64,000 nt of DNA from Candidatus Spongiisociaceae bacterium (GTDB lineage Bacteria > Actinomycetota > Acidimicrobiia > Spongiisociales > Spongiisociaceae): the NCBI GenBank assembly GCA_965219685.1, contig CBDCOH010000002.1, forward strand, positions 1,152,001 to 1,216,000, given 5' to 3'. How positions within the stretch are numbered: position 1 is the first letter of the stretch; each line of letters opens with the position of its first letter. The notes below the pieces were generated by a model. It worked only from the letters and a program-made list of their open reading frames with translations. It was not told the origin of the DNA and did not search any database. Positions 10,257 through 20,228 of this stretch are shown here, piece after piece. Both the position numbers and the translations under genes were made by a program.

Positions 10257-10330
10257 CTCCGGGGGTGGGACTTGAACCCACAACCAACGGATTAACAGTC
10301 CGCTGCTCTGCCGAATTGAGCTACCCCGGA
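10257..10330 (-). tRNA. tRNA-Asn(GTT)
   Basis: TCCGGGGTAGCTCAATTCGGCAGAGCAGCGGACTGTTAATCCGTTGGTTGTGGGTTCAAGTCCCACCCCCGGAG folds as a cloverleaf; anticodon GTT; CCA not encoded. Confidence 0.96.
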
Positions 10331-10379
10331 TAGTGGATCGGGCTGAGATGGTACCAGTCTCCCGGCCGGTGCCGGAACA

Positions 10380-11525
10380 TCACCCGTCCCTCAGGTAACT
10401 CTCCAGGCGGCGGCCCTCACTCTTCCTACGGAGCTTGTACAGCGCCCGGGTCTCGAGTTGGCGTATCCGCTCGCGGGTGACGTCGAAATGGGTGCTCAAC
10501 TCTCCCAGGGTCCGGACCCGGCCGTCCTCGAGACCGAAACGCATCAGGATGATCTGGCGTTCCCGCTCGGTGAGTCCCTCGAGAGCGAGGGCGACGTACT
10601 CCTGTAGCAGCTTGAAGGCTGCTCCCTCCACGGCGACCTCCGCTGCCTTGTCCGGCACGAAGTCACCGAGGGTCGACTCCCCCTTGTCGCTCACGGGCGT
10701 TTCCAACGAGACGGTTCCCTGGGAGATCCTGGAGAGTTCCCGGACACGGCCGGGGGTCAGCTCTATCTCGTGGGCAATCTCCTCGACGGTCGGTTCCCGG
10801 CCTAGTTCCTGGAACAGACGGCGCTGTGCCTTCGACACGTTGTAGATGGTCTCGACCAGGTGGACCGGCACGCGGATGGTCCGTGACTGGTCTGCGAGCG
10901 CCCTGCTGACCGCCTGGCGGATCCACCATGTGGCATAGGTCGAGAATCTGTAGCCCTTCCGGTAGTCGAACTTCTCCACGGCCTTCATGAGGCCCAGGTT
11001 TCCCTCCTGGATCAGGTCGAGCAGGGGCATGCCGTTGCCCACGTAGCGCTTGGCGATCGACACCACCAGCCGGAGGTTGGCTTCGACGAGGCGCTTCTCG
11101 GCGCGTTCGCCGGTTCGCACGGTGCGTAGCAGGCGCACCGTGCCGTCCGAGGGCCGAGGCTTGGCCTTCGGACCGGACTGCGACAGCTTTGTCCCGGCCT
11201 GCCTTCCGGCCTCCAAGGCCATCGCCAGCTCCACCTCCTGCTGGGGTGTGAGGAGAGGGACCCGGCCTATCTGCCTCAGATACATGCTGACCGGGTCCGA
11301 CAGGCCGACCGCGCCCTGGTCGATGTGCAGGGAGTCGAAGTCGTCGTCGCTGTCCTCCCGAACGTCCAGGCCGCGTTCGCGGATCGCTTCCATCGCTTCG
11401 TCGAACGCGGATCCAGGCGCTTCGGCCTCTTCGAGTTCCTGCTGGATCTCGGCCATCGTCACGAAGCCGCGCCGACCGGCGCGGGTCAGGAGCTCATCGA
11501 TTGCGGCCTTGACTACAGGCTCCAC
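10380..11525 (-). CDS. rpoD: RNA polymerase principal sigma-70 factor (RpoD/SigA-like)
   Basis: [57 protein letters not shown]; lies downstream of dnaG. Confidence 0.88.
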   Translation of the reverse strand: MEPVVKAAIDELLTRAGRRGFVTMAEIQQELEEAEAPGSAFDEAMEAIRERGLDVREDSDDDFDSLHIDQGAVGLSDPVSMYLRQIGRVPLLTPQQEVELAMALEAGRQAGTKLSQSGPKAKPRPSDGTVRLLRTVRTGERAEKRLVEANLRLVVSIAKRYVGNGMPLLDLIQEGNLGLMKAVEKFDYRKGYRFSTYATWWIRQAVSRALADQSRTIRVPVHLVETIYNVSKAQRRLFQELGREPTVEEIAHEIELTPGRVRELSRISQGTVSLETPVSDKGESTLGDFVPDKAAEVAVEGAAFKLLQEYVALALEGLTERERQIILMRFGLEDGRVRTLGELSTHFDVTRERIRQLETRALYKLRRKSEGRRLESYLRDG

Positions 11526-11527
11526 GC

Positions 11528-13285
11528 CTACTCCTCAGCGATCCGGGGTTCCCTTTGCAACAAAGCTATCAACTCCGCCACCCTTTGTGAATACCCTTCA
11601 GGGTCGGCGCCGGGATCCATCGACTCGAGTCGCCGGCCCAGTTCATCCTTCCGGCGGTCCCTGTAGCGGGTCTCCAGATGGGCCAGCACGTCCTCGACGG
11701 GGTCGGGCGGTTCCTCCATGACGGTCAGGCGCCTTGCCGTAGCCGCCATCCCATGATCCTCCATGCCGTCGAGGGGGATCGGGACTCCCGGCTCGAGGTG
11801 TCGGCCCGCGTCCAGAAGCCAGGCTGCGAGGCGGTATGCATGCTCATCCTGAAAGAGATTCTGGGTGATCCGTTCTCGCGGTGCGTTGCCCGCAAGGAGA
11901 TGGCGCAGCAACTCCCGTTCGGATCGGTCCAGCCGGTGCCTCGTCCCCCGCCCGACCGGGACCATTCCCTCGTCCGGCGGAGCCTGGTCGTTGCGGCCAA
12001 GGATGTTCTGGATCTCCCGCAGGACCCTGTCGCTCTCGAAATGGGTCCTCCCGGCCACGTCGATGGCATGCTGGTGGCGGTCGTCACGGTCGGGGTGGCG
12101 GGCGATCAGAGCCGCCGCCTCGCGCATGGCTCGGGTCCGAGCGGCCAACTCGCGAAGATCGTGACGGCCGAGAACCTGGTTGATACGGAACTCGGTGATG
12201 GGTCTCGAGCGTTCCACCGCTTGCTTCAATCGTTCCGTCCCTCCCTCCTGGACGAGGTCGGCAGGGTCCTTGCCCTCCGGCATCTCGGCGACCCGCAGAT
12301 CGAGTTCCAGTTCAGAGGTGATCCTCAGTTCGTCCCCGCGGATGGCCGCCCCCGCTCCGGCCGCGTCGGCATCGAAGGCGAGGACGATGCGGGAGGCGAA
12401 CCGGCGTAGCAGATCGAAGTGTTCCTCCCCGAGGGCCGTACCGCAGGTGGCCACCGCCAGCGGCATCTCAGCCAGGTGGAAGGCGATGACATCGGTGTAT
12501 CCCTCCACAACCACCGCGGTGTCAACCCGGCTGATGGCGGACCGGGCCCGGTCCAGCCCGTACAGCAGTTCGCTCTTCTTGTAGAGCGGCGTCTCGGCCG
12601 TGTTCAGGTACTTCGGGCCATCCCCCTGCAGCAGGCGGCCCCCGAAGCCCACCATCTCGCCGCGCACGTTGTGGATCGGGAACATCAACCGGCCCCGCAT
12701 CTGATCGAAGAGGCGCCCGGTCTGCGCCCGCCGTCCAAGGCCGGAGTCATGGATCTCTCGTTCTGTGAAGCCCTGGCCTCGGAGATGGCTGATCAGGGCG
12801 TCGAACTCGTCGGGGGCGTAACCGATCAGGAACTGGTCCACGACATCGACGTCGTAGTCCCGGCTCCTGACGTAGGCCCGGGCGTGGCCGGCGTCTGCGC
12901 CTCCCTTCAGCCGCGAGTGGTAGAACCGCCCGGCCGCTTCCACCGCTTCCACCAAGCGCCCACGCCGCTCCCTCCGGCGGGCGGCGCCGGGGTCTCGGCG
13001 GACGACGATGCCCACCCGATCCGCCAGCATCTCCACCGTCTCCCCGAAGTCCAGACCCTGGGTCTCCTGGACGAAGGTGAACACGTCTCCGCCCACCCCG
13101 CACCCGAAGCAGTGGTAGAGCCCCCGAGCAGGATCGATGGACACCGACGGGGTCTTCTCGGTGTGGAACGGGCAGAGCGCCTTGAAGGTGCCGCGGACCT
13201 TCCGCACCGTCGTCACTCCCTCGAACAACTCGACCAGGTTCACGGCTTGGCGAATGCGCTCCAGGTCATCTCGGTCGGCAGCCAT
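11528..13285 (-). CDS. dnaG: DNA primase
   Basis: [10 protein letters not shown]...HCFGC zinc finger, [29 protein letters not shown]. Confidence 0.97.
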   Translation of the reverse strand: MAADRDDLERIRQAVNLVELFEGVTTVRKVRGTFKALCPFHTEKTPSVSIDPARGLYHCFGCGVGGDVFTFVQETQGLDFGETVEMLADRVGIVVRRDPGAARRRERRGRLVEAVEAAGRFYHSRLKGGADAGHARAYVRSRDYDVDVVDQFLIGYAPDEFDALISHLRGQGFTEREIHDSGLGRRAQTGRLFDQMRGRLMFPIHNVRGEMVGFGGRLLQGDGPKYLNTAETPLYKKSELLYGLDRARSAISRVDTAVVVEGYTDVIAFHLAEMPLAVATCGTALGEEHFDLLRRFASRIVLAFDADAAGAGAAIRGDELRITSELELDLRVAEMPEGKDPADLVQEGGTERLKQAVERSRPITEFRINQVLGRHDLRELAARTRAMREAAALIARHPDRDDRHQHAIDVAGRTHFESDRVLREIQNILGRNDQAPPDEGMVPVGRGTRHRLDRSERELLRHLLAGNAPRERITQNLFQDEHAYRLAAWLLDAGRHLEPGVPIPLDGMEDHGMAATARRLTVMEEPPDPVEDVLAHLETRYRDRRKDELGRRLESMDPGADPEGYSQRVAELIALLQREPRIAEE

Positions 13286-13307
13286 ACCGCCCTGAGTGTA
13301 CGCGGGG

Positions 13308-13340
13308 TGGTGAATGGTGAATGGTGAATGGTGAATGGTG
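13308..13340. repeat. Heptamer tandem repeat (TGGTGAA)x4.7
   Basis: Read directly; intergenic. Confidence 0.9.
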
Positions 13341-13410
13341 CCAACTCTTGACGGTACTCGACTGCCGAGCTAAGACCGGGCCACGACGAGCCGGATGTGG
13401 TAGCCGTTCA

Positions 13411-13440
13411 CTGGCACCTGGCACCTGGCACCTGGCACCT
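13411..13440. repeat. Heptamer tandem repeat (CTGGCAC)x4
   Basis: Read directly; abuts the YceI stop codon. Confidence 0.9.
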
Positions 13441-14284
13441 AGCCTGCCACTGCCACCAACTCGATTGCGAGGGTCACTTCGTCGTCGACGTCGCTGACGC
13501 TCGGAACATCGGGGACGGTCAATCCGAAGTCCGACCTGAGGACGGTGGCGGTGCCGCTCACCTCGATACGCTCGGTCGACGCCACGGCGACCTCGACCGC
13601 GAACTCCACTGGAAGGGTCACGCCGCTCAGCGTGAAGTTCCCTGACACCGTCAGAGACACCCGATCCCCCACCGCAACCTGGTCCGGGACGCCCGCGATA
13701 CTGGTCGGCTCGAACGTGGCGAACTCGTTCTCGTCCCTGGCCGAGCCGAGGATGGGACCGCGCATCGCCCGGTCGCGGAAGCTGGAATCGGTCTGGAGGG
13801 TGCGGACGTTGATCACGACTGCGCCGAGGCTGGAGGCGGGCGGGTTGTCGAAGTCGATCAGGATTTCGCCGGCCACCTCGCTGGTGGTTCCGACGACCCG
13901 CTTGGGACTTCCGTTCAGGATCTCGTCGATCTCGAAGCGGACCGTGGACTCGGCCTTCTCGATCCGGTAGACGACGGCCGCCGACTCCTCGCCCGGATCC
14001 TCCGCCGGAGCCGCGGAGGTGGAAGTGGTTGCCGCTGACGTCGCGGTGGTGGTCGCGGCGGTGGGGTCCGGCTCGGCGGCCCCGGTGTCCGCGACCTCGG
14101 TGTCCGCGGCGGTCTGCTCTTCCTCCGCCTCGGTGTCGGGCGGGGCCGGAGGCGCGGTGGTCACGGGCGGAGCGGTGACCTCGGTGCTGGGTTCGCCGCT
14201 CCCGCCCGAGAACCAGACGTAGGCGAGTCCCGTCACTACCAGCACCATGACGATGCCTATCCCTATTACCAACTTCTTCACCAT
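13439..14284 (-). CDS. YceI-family protein with N-terminal TM anchor and T/A/P-rich linker
   Basis: [43 protein letters not shown]. Confidence 0.88.
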   Translation of the reverse strand: MVKKLVIGIGIVMVLVVTGLAYVWFSGGSGEPSTEVTAPPVTTAPPAPPDTEAEEEQTAADTEVADTGAAEPDPTAATTTATSAATTSTSAAPAEDPGEESAAVVYRIEKAESTVRFEIDEILNGSPKRVVGTTSEVAGEILIDFDNPPASSLGAVVINVRTLQTDSSFRDRAMRGPILGSARDENEFATFEPTSIAGVPDQVAVGDRVSLTVSGNFTLSGVTLPVEFAVEVAVASTERIEVSGTATVLRSDFGLTVPDVPSVSDVDDEVTLAIELVAVAG

Positions 14285-15615
14285 ATCCCCCTTCCTGCGC
14301 CGGGAACATCAACCAGACGTCGGGTCAAGTGTTCGACCAAGGAGTCAATTGCGACCCGATCCTGATGCATCAGGTCCCTGTCACGGACCGTAACCGCGCC
14401 GTCGTCGAGAGTCTGGAAGTCGACGGTCACGCAGAGCGGAGTCCCGATCTCGTCCTGGCGCCGGTAGCGCCTGCCGATCGCCTGGGTGACATCGACCTCT
14501 ATGTCCCAGTGGGAGCGGAGCAGGGACGCAACTCGGTCCGCCACTTCCAGCAGGTCTGCCTTGCGGGACAGCGGGAGGACCGCCACCTTGATGGGCGCCA
14601 GCCGGGCATCGAGGCGCAGCACGGTCCTGGTGGCGCCCCTGACGATGTCCTCATCGTAGGCGTCGATCAGGAAGGCGAAGGCGGCCCGGGTGACGCCGGC
14701 GGCCGGCTCGATCACGTACGGGTAGAACCGCTTCCCCTGGGCCGGGTCGAAGTAGCGGAGGTCCTTTCCGGAGTGTTCCGAGTGCCTGCGGAGGTCGAAG
14801 TTGGTCCGGTTGGCGATACCCTCCAACTCGTCCCAGCCCCACGGGAACCGATACTCCACGTCGTAGGTGCCGGCTGCGTAGTGGGCCAGTTCGTCGTCCA
14901 GATGTTCCCTCAGCCTGAGGTTGGAGGGCTGGATGCCCAGATCCAGGTACCATGCCTGACGCGCTTCAACCCAGTAGTCGAACCAGCGGTCCGCGTCTTT
15001 GGGGTGGGTGAAGAACTCCATCTCCATCTGCTCGAACTCGCGGGTCCGGAACACGAACTGGCCGGGCGTGATCTCGTTACGGAAGGACTTGCCGACCTGG
15101 GCTATTCCGAACGGGAGCTTGCGTCGCATCACCCTCCGGACGTTCTCGAAGTTGGTGAAGATGCCCTGCGCGGTCTCCGGCCGGAGGTAGACGAGGTTTC
15201 CCTCGCCCGCCACCGGTCCCATGTGGGTCCGGAACATGAGATTGAAGTCCCGCGCCTCGGTGAAGGAGCCCCGGATGCCACACCTCGGGCACTGGTCCCG
15301 GTCATCGAGCTTGTCCAGCCGGTGCCGGCTATGGCAGGAGGTGCACTCGACCAGTGGATCGTGGAACTGGGAGACATGACCCGACGCCTCCCATACCAGC
15401 GGCGACTGGATTATGGCCGAGTCCAGTCCGACCACGTCGTCCCTTGACCGGACCATGGATCTCCACCAGGCCTCCTTCACGTTGCGCAACAGGGCGACGC
15501 CTAGCGGTCCGTAGTCGTAGGCCGAACGGAGTCCCCCGTAGATCTCGGACGCCTGGAAGACGAACCCGCGTTTCTTGGCCAGGTTTACGATCGTGGCGAA
15601 GGTGGGTTCCGGCAT
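14278..15615 (-). CDS. glyQS: Glycine--tRNA ligase (homodimeric type)
   Basis: [61 protein letters not shown]; ATG at 15615. Confidence 0.96.
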   Translation of the reverse strand: MPEPTFATIVNLAKKRGFVFQASEIYGGLRSAYDYGPLGVALLRNVKEAWWRSMVRSRDDVVGLDSAIIQSPLVWEASGHVSQFHDPLVECTSCHSRHRLDKLDDRDQCPRCGIRGSFTEARDFNLMFRTHMGPVAGEGNLVYLRPETAQGIFTNFENVRRVMRRKLPFGIAQVGKSFRNEITPGQFVFRTREFEQMEMEFFTHPKDADRWFDYWVEARQAWYLDLGIQPSNLRLREHLDDELAHYAAGTYDVEYRFPWGWDELEGIANRTNFDLRRHSEHSGKDLRYFDPAQGKRFYPYVIEPAAGVTRAAFAFLIDAYDEDIVRGATRTVLRLDARLAPIKVAVLPLSRKADLLEVADRVASLLRSHWDIEVDVTQAIGRRYRRQDEIGTPLCVTVDFQTLDDGAVTVRDRDLMHQDRVAIDSLVEHLTRRLVDVPGAGRGIW

Positions 15616-15659
15616 CGGCGGTCTCCTAGGCGAGGCGCAGGGATGGTACCCGACCCCGG

Positions 15660-16448
15660 TCACCCATCTGTTTCCTCAGGATTGCCGGGCGCGACGGCCC
15701 CTCCGAACCGCCGCCCGCGCATCTGGAATTCGATGACGGCGTCCACCAGATCCTGCGCGCCGAAGTCGGGCCATAGGGTGTCGGTGAAGACCAACTCGGC
15801 ATAGGCGCTGCCCCACAGCAGAAAGTTCGAGATCCGCATCTCCCCTGAAGTCCGAACGATCACATCCGGGTCGGGCATGCCGGGTACGTAGAAGTGACCG
15901 GCCAGATCGCTCTCCCCGATGGAACAGGCATCCCGGTGACCGGCGGCCACCTCGGTTGCCAGGATCCTGATAGCTCTTATGATCTCCGCCCGGCCTCCGT
16001 AGTTGAAGGCCAGGACCAGGTCGAGCCGCTCGTTGCCGCAAGTCCGGGCAACCGCGTCCCGCATGTGGCGCCGGTTCCGTTCCGGAATGCGCTCATCGGC
16101 CAGGTCTCCGGCGAAGTGCAGCCTCACGCCCATCCCGTCGAGCGAGTCGAGGCGGCGCAGCAGGATGTCCTCGTTGAACCACATCAGGAAGGAGACCTCG
16201 TCGGGCGACCGGGCCCAGTTCTCGGTGGAGAACGTGTAGGCGGACAGCCAGCGCAGTCCGACCGCCACCGCTCCTTCCACGCATTCGAAGAGAACGGCCT
16301 CCCCTGCCGCATGTCCGGCGGTCCTGGGCAGGTTGCGCGCGGTTGCCCACCTGCCGTTGCCGTCCATGATGAGTCCGAGATGAGCCGGGATCCGGTCCGG
16401 GTCTACCCTCGTCAGGTCGAGGCGGGCTGCGGTTTCCTCGGCGCCCAT
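15660..16448 (-). CDS. uppS: Polyprenyl (undecaprenyl) diphosphate synthase
   Basis: [39 protein letters not shown]. Confidence 0.95.
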   Translation of the reverse strand: MGAEETAARLDLTRVDPDRIPAHLGLIMDGNGRWATARNLPRTAGHAAGEAVLFECVEGAVAVGLRWLSAYTFSTENWARSPDEVSFLMWFNEDILLRRLDSLDGMGVRLHFAGDLADERIPERNRRHMRDAVARTCGNERLDLVLAFNYGGRAEIIRAIRILATEVAAGHRDACSIGESDLAGHFYVPGMPDPDVIVRTSGEMRISNFLLWGSAYAELVFTDTLWPDFGAQDLVDAVIEFQMRGRRFGGAVAPGNPEETDG

Positions 16449-16451
16449 GGT

Positions 16452-17180
16452 TCATACCCCTTTGACGTTGCTGTAGGCGAGGCCGGACAGGCCCACCTCG
16501 ATGTGGAACTCGACGAAGCGCCTGGCCAGGCCCACTGCATCCGCTGCGAGGTCGCTGTCAGGCTCCTTGAGGTCGAGGAAATCGGCATCGGACAGCCGGG
16601 CCAGGTGAAGTGTGAGTCCCTCGCGCAGTCGAAACGCACCCCCGATGTCACATGTGTTGCATACGAGTCCCCCTCCCACCAGGCTGAACCGGTCCAGCGT
16701 GTTCTTCCCGCCACAGGCGGCGCAGTGGCGCAGGGCCGGGGCCTGTCCGAGTGCATCCATCAGCTTGAGAAGGAAGGAGGCGACCAGGTCCAGTCCCCCC
16801 GATCCGTGCTCCAGCGCCTGCAATCCCCTCTGCAGGAGGAGGAAGAGCCGGTGGGAGGGCTCACCTTCCACGATCACCTTGCCGATCGCCTCCGCCATGG
16901 TCCCCGCGACCAGTACCGCGTCGAGATCGCCGCGTAGCCGCGGGAAGGGCTCTATGACGGCGACCTGTGTGATGGTGGCGAGGTTACGTCCCTGGAAGAG
17001 CACCAGATCAACATGGGTGAGGGGTTCCAGGCGACCCCCGAAGCGACTCTTCGTCCTGCGGACACCCTTGGCCACCGCCCTGACCAACCCGTGGTTGGGG
17101 CTGATCAGGAGGACGATCCGGTCGGCCTCTCCGAACGGGTAGCCGCGGAGGACGATTCCCTGGTCACGCCGGAGCGTCAT
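16452..17180 (-). CDS. recO: DNA repair protein RecO
   Basis: GIVLR...GEADRIV, AVAKGVRRTKSRFGGRLEP, CAACG and CNTC zinc ligands; ATG at 17180. Confidence 0.95.
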   Translation of the reverse strand: MTLRRDQGIVLRGYPFGEADRIVLLISPNHGLVRAVAKGVRRTKSRFGGRLEPLTHVDLVLFQGRNLATITQVAVIEPFPRLRGDLDAVLVAGTMAEAIGKVIVEGEPSHRLFLLLQRGLQALEHGSGGLDLVASFLLKLMDALGQAPALRHCAACGGKNTLDRFSLVGGGLVCNTCDIGGAFRLREGLTLHLARLSDADFLDLKEPDSDLAADAVGLARRFVEFHIEVGLSGLAYSNVKGV

Positions 17181-17259
17181 CGTCGGCCGGGGCGACGGAG
17201 TGCGGACATCATCCGGCAGGGTACCCGGCGATGGGCGATCCGAGGGTAGGGTGAGCCCC

Positions 17260-17547
17260 GTGGCCCTACTCGACGAATCCGCCCGCCGGGAGTTCCTGGG
17301 TTCCCACCCCGGGTGGGAACTCTCGGGCCAAACCATCACCAAGACCTACCGGTTCGCAGGCTTCGCGAGGTCGATCGGCTTCGTGGCGTCGGTCGGCGTG
17401 CTGGCGGAGAAGGCCTTTCACCATCCGGACATCGACATCCGCTACAACCGGGTGAAGATTTCGCTCACCACCCATGACCAGGGAGGCCTCACCCGAAAGG
17501 ACACGACGCTGGCCGCCCGCATCGACTTGCTAGTTGCTAGTTGCTAG
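17260..17547 (+). CDS. Pterin-4-alpha-carbinolamine dehydratase
   Basis: AEKAFHHPDIDIRYNRVKISLTTHDQGGLT motif. Confidence 0.92.
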   Translation: MALLDESARREFLGSHPGWELSGQTITKTYRFAGFARSIGFVASVGVLAEKAFHHPDIDIRYNRVKISLTTHDQGGLTRKDTTLAARIDLLVASC

Positions 17548-17554
17548 TTGCTAG
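17527..17554. repeat. Heptamer tandem repeat (TTGCTAG)x4 spanning a stop codon
   Basis: Read directly; faces CATTCACCACTCACCACC at ~17592-17609. Confidence 0.88.
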
Positions 17555-17610
17555 GTATATTACTTAGCACTTCCGAACGATATGTAGAACCCATTCACCA
17601 CTCACCACCC

Positions 17611-18501
17611 CTAGAGTCCCAGCCGTCTGATCCGGTCGGGGTAACGCTGCCAGTCCTTCTCGACCTTCACTCGAAGGTCCAGGTACACCGGGCTGGCGAG
17701 GGTCTCCTCGAGCTCCAGGCGGGCTTCCATTCCCACCTGGCGGATCATCGATCCGCCCGCGCCGATGACGATTCCCTTCTGGGACAGACGCTCCACGTAG
17801 ATGGAGGCCTCGATCCTGATCGAGCCGCCTTTCCGTCGCTCGATGGTATCGGTCTTGACCGCCACCGAGTGGGGAAGCTCTTCACGCATCACGGCCAGCA
17901 ACTTCTCGCGCACCGTCTCGGCTACCAGCACCTCCTCCGGCTGGTCCGTGCTCGTGCCCGCCGGATAGTGGGCAGGCCCTTCGGGTAGCCGGGGCACCAG
18001 TTCGCCGACCACACGGTCGAGGCCGTCGCCCGTCAATGCCGAGATCGGCACGTAGGCTCCGAAGTCCCACGGAGCGGCTTCGCTCAGGCGCTCTGCGACC
18101 CGGCCCTTTCGTACCAGGTCGATCTTGTTCACGATCACTATCACCTTGTCGGCCGGACCGATCCTGATCAGGCGTTCTGCGATCCGGCGGTCACCGGGAC
18201 CGACCTTGCCGGTAGCTTCTATGACGAAGAGGAAGCAATCGGCCTCGGCCAGGCTCCGGTACGCAATCGAGTTGAGGCGCTCTCCCAGCGCAGTGCGCGG
18301 GCGGTGCAGCCCGGGCGTGTCGACCAGGACTATCTGGGCTCCCCCATCCGGACCTTCGATGGTCAGTATCCCGCGTGCCACCAGGCGGGTGGTCTGCGGG
18401 CGCTTGGAGGTGATCGATACCTTGCTACCCACCAAGCCGTTGATGAGAGTCGACTTGCCGACGTTGGGGCGGCCGACCACGGCCGCGAAGCCCGTCTTCA
18501 T
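17611..18501 (-). CDS. era: GTPase Era
   Basis: GRPNVGKST, PQTTR, DTPG, NKID, KH domain SQKGIVIGAGG. Confidence 0.97.
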   Translation of the reverse strand: MKTGFAAVVGRPNVGKSTLINGLVGSKVSITSKRPQTTRLVARGILTIEGPDGGAQIVLVDTPGLHRPRTALGERLNSIAYRSLAEADCFLFVIEATGKVGPGDRRIAERLIRIGPADKVIVIVNKIDLVRKGRVAERLSEAAPWDFGAYVPISALTGDGLDRVVGELVPRLPEGPAHYPAGTSTDQPEEVLVAETVREKLLAVMREELPHSVAVKTDTIERRKGGSIRIEASIYVERLSQKGIVIGAGGSMIRQVGMEARLELEETLASPVYLDLRVKVEKDWQRYPDRIRRLGL

Positions 18502-18518
18502 CCATCAACCGGAGCGGA

Positions 18519-19715
18519 TCATCGCTGGGTGCCCACCAGGTGACTTACGCGGACCCTCTCCACCCGCCGACCCTGCACGCGTTCGGGGATCAGAACGGCG
18601 CCGTCGAACTCGAATCGCTCACCCACGATCGGAACCCTCCCGGCCATACCGAGCACCAGTCCGCCTACCGTATCCCATTCGCCGTCCGGTAGCTGGGTGT
18701 CGAGCAGGCCGGCCAGGTCGTCCACCGGGAGACGAGCATCCACCAGGAAGACGCCCGCCTCGAGGGGTTCCACCATGGGCGGTTCGGTGTCGTACTCATC
18801 CACGATCTCTCCTACGAGCTCCTCGATGAGATCCTCGATCGTCACGAGGCCGGCGGTACCGCCGAACTCGTCCACGGCGACCGCCATGTGGAACTGCGAC
18901 GACTGCATCTCTCTGAGCAGATCTCGGACCGGTTTCGTCTCGGGAACGAAGTAGGCCTGCCTTATGATCTCGGCGAGGGGTGTGGCCTCGGGGGGCTCTC
19001 CCACCAGGTGGAGCAGGTCTTTGGCATACACCAGACCTACGATGTCGTCCGCTCCCCGCCCCGTAACCGGCACCCTTGAGAATCCGTACTCGAGGATCAG
19101 GTCAAGGGCTTCGGTCGTGGTGAGGTCGGCGCCGATGGTCACCATGTCGGTGCGTGGGGTCATGACCTCCCTCACGATGGCATCGGAGAACTCCAGTACG
19201 GACGAGATCATCCTTATCTCCTCGCGATCGGAGGCGTCGTGGTCTCCGTTCGCATCGACGCGCGAGTTGGCGTCGTCCTCTTCGTCGTTTATGAGGTCCA
19301 CCGCGCGCTCGCCCGCCCTGACGGCCACCCGGAGTAGGCGAGCCAACCGGTAGGCGATGACCCTCGGGCGTTCACGCCCGAGGGATCGCGGTAGCCACTC
19401 CCCGAATACGACGAGCGCCACTCCGGTGAGGATCAGAGCCGTGACGAGTATCCAGCCGCTTGAGAGGGTGGCGATGGCCCATGCGGCGCTCAGCGCGGAA
19501 GCCACCAGCAGCGCGGAGTGGATCAGCGAGATCGACGGCTGGATGCTGGCACGGTCCTCGAGCAACTCGGCCACGCTGACCGCGCCCGGTACGCCGTCGG
19601 CGGCGTCGTGTAAAGCGTCGGCTCGCGGCGTCCGGACGAGCGAGGCGCCCGCAACCCGGAGGGCGGCCGCCAGGATCAGCACTCCGCACGAGATGCCCCA
19701 TGCCAGTTCGATCAT
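18519..19715 (-). CDS. Hemolysin-family CNNM/CBS/CorC transporter-associated protein
   Basis: TM region, VREVMTPRTDM, FSRVPV, VDEFGGTAGLVTIEDLIEELVGEI, DTVGGLV. Confidence 0.92.
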   Translation of the reverse strand: MIELAWGISCGVLILAAALRVAGASLVRTPRADALHDAADGVPGAVSVAELLEDRASIQPSISLIHSALLVASALSAAWAIATLSSGWILVTALILTGVALVVFGEWLPRSLGRERPRVIAYRLARLLRVAVRAGERAVDLINDEEDDANSRVDANGDHDASDREEIRMISSVLEFSDAIVREVMTPRTDMVTIGADLTTTEALDLILEYGFSRVPVTGRGADDIVGLVYAKDLLHLVGEPPEATPLAEIIRQAYFVPETKPVRDLLREMQSSQFHMAVAVDEFGGTAGLVTIEDLIEELVGEIVDEYDTEPPMVEPLEAGVFLVDARLPVDDLAGLLDTQLPDGEWDTVGGLVLGMAGRVPIVGERFEFDGAVLIPERVQGRRVERVRVSHLVGTQR

Positions 19716-20182
19716 CGTCGGTCGACTCCCACCAATGCCAGCAAGGAACGCTCCCTCTCCTCCATCACCTCCGCCTCGGGCTCAGACTCGTGGTCGTAAC
19801 CGACCAGGTGGAGCAACCCGTGCGTGATCATCAGGGAGATCTCGTCGTCGGGATCCGATCCGAGGTCACGGGCTTGCCGATGCACGAACCGGGGCGCCAC
19901 GAATACGTCGCCGAGGCCGAAAGGAACCCCGTCGGCGGTGTCGCTCCCCGCCTTCGAAGGTTCGTATCCTTCAGGCGAGATGGGCAGGGCCAGCACGTCG
20001 GTCGGTCCCTCCTTTCCGAGGAACCGCCGGTTGTACCGCGCCATGGTCTCGTCGGTCACGAACATGATGCCGACCTCGGTCCTGTGTGGAAGCCGTTCCT
20101 CTTCCAGCACGATGCGGGCCAGCCGCCGGAGCGGCTCGATCGATAAGGGAACGTCCTGTTCGTCTTCCATGTAGATGTCCAC
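19712..20182 (-). CDS. ybeY: rRNA maturation RNase YbeY
   Basis: PTDVLA and HGLLHLVGYDH motifs. Confidence 0.94.
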   Translation of the reverse strand: MDIYMEDEQDVPLSIEPLRRLARIVLEEERLPHRTEVGIMFVTDETMARYNRRFLGKEGPTDVLALPISPEGYEPSKAGSDTADGVPFGLGDVFVAPRFVHRQARDLGSDPDDEISLMITHGLLHLVGYDHESEPEAEVMEERERSLLALVGVDRR

Positions 20183-20228
20183 GGGCTGTCCTCACCCTAC
20201 CCGAGTAGACGGGGGTATCGGGCGACAA

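Larger units (their letters stand above)
6730..10283. mobile_element. Decayed genomic island integrated at tRNA-Asn
   Basis: Bounded by direct repeats of the tRNA 3' end; integrase remnant next to the tRNA; visibly lower GC in 6780-8100 and 9060-9450. Confidence 0.8.

Noticed and set aside
13308-13440. Tandem repeats as a possible CRISPR array
   Set aside because: 7-bp units with no unique spacers, and no cas genes in the window
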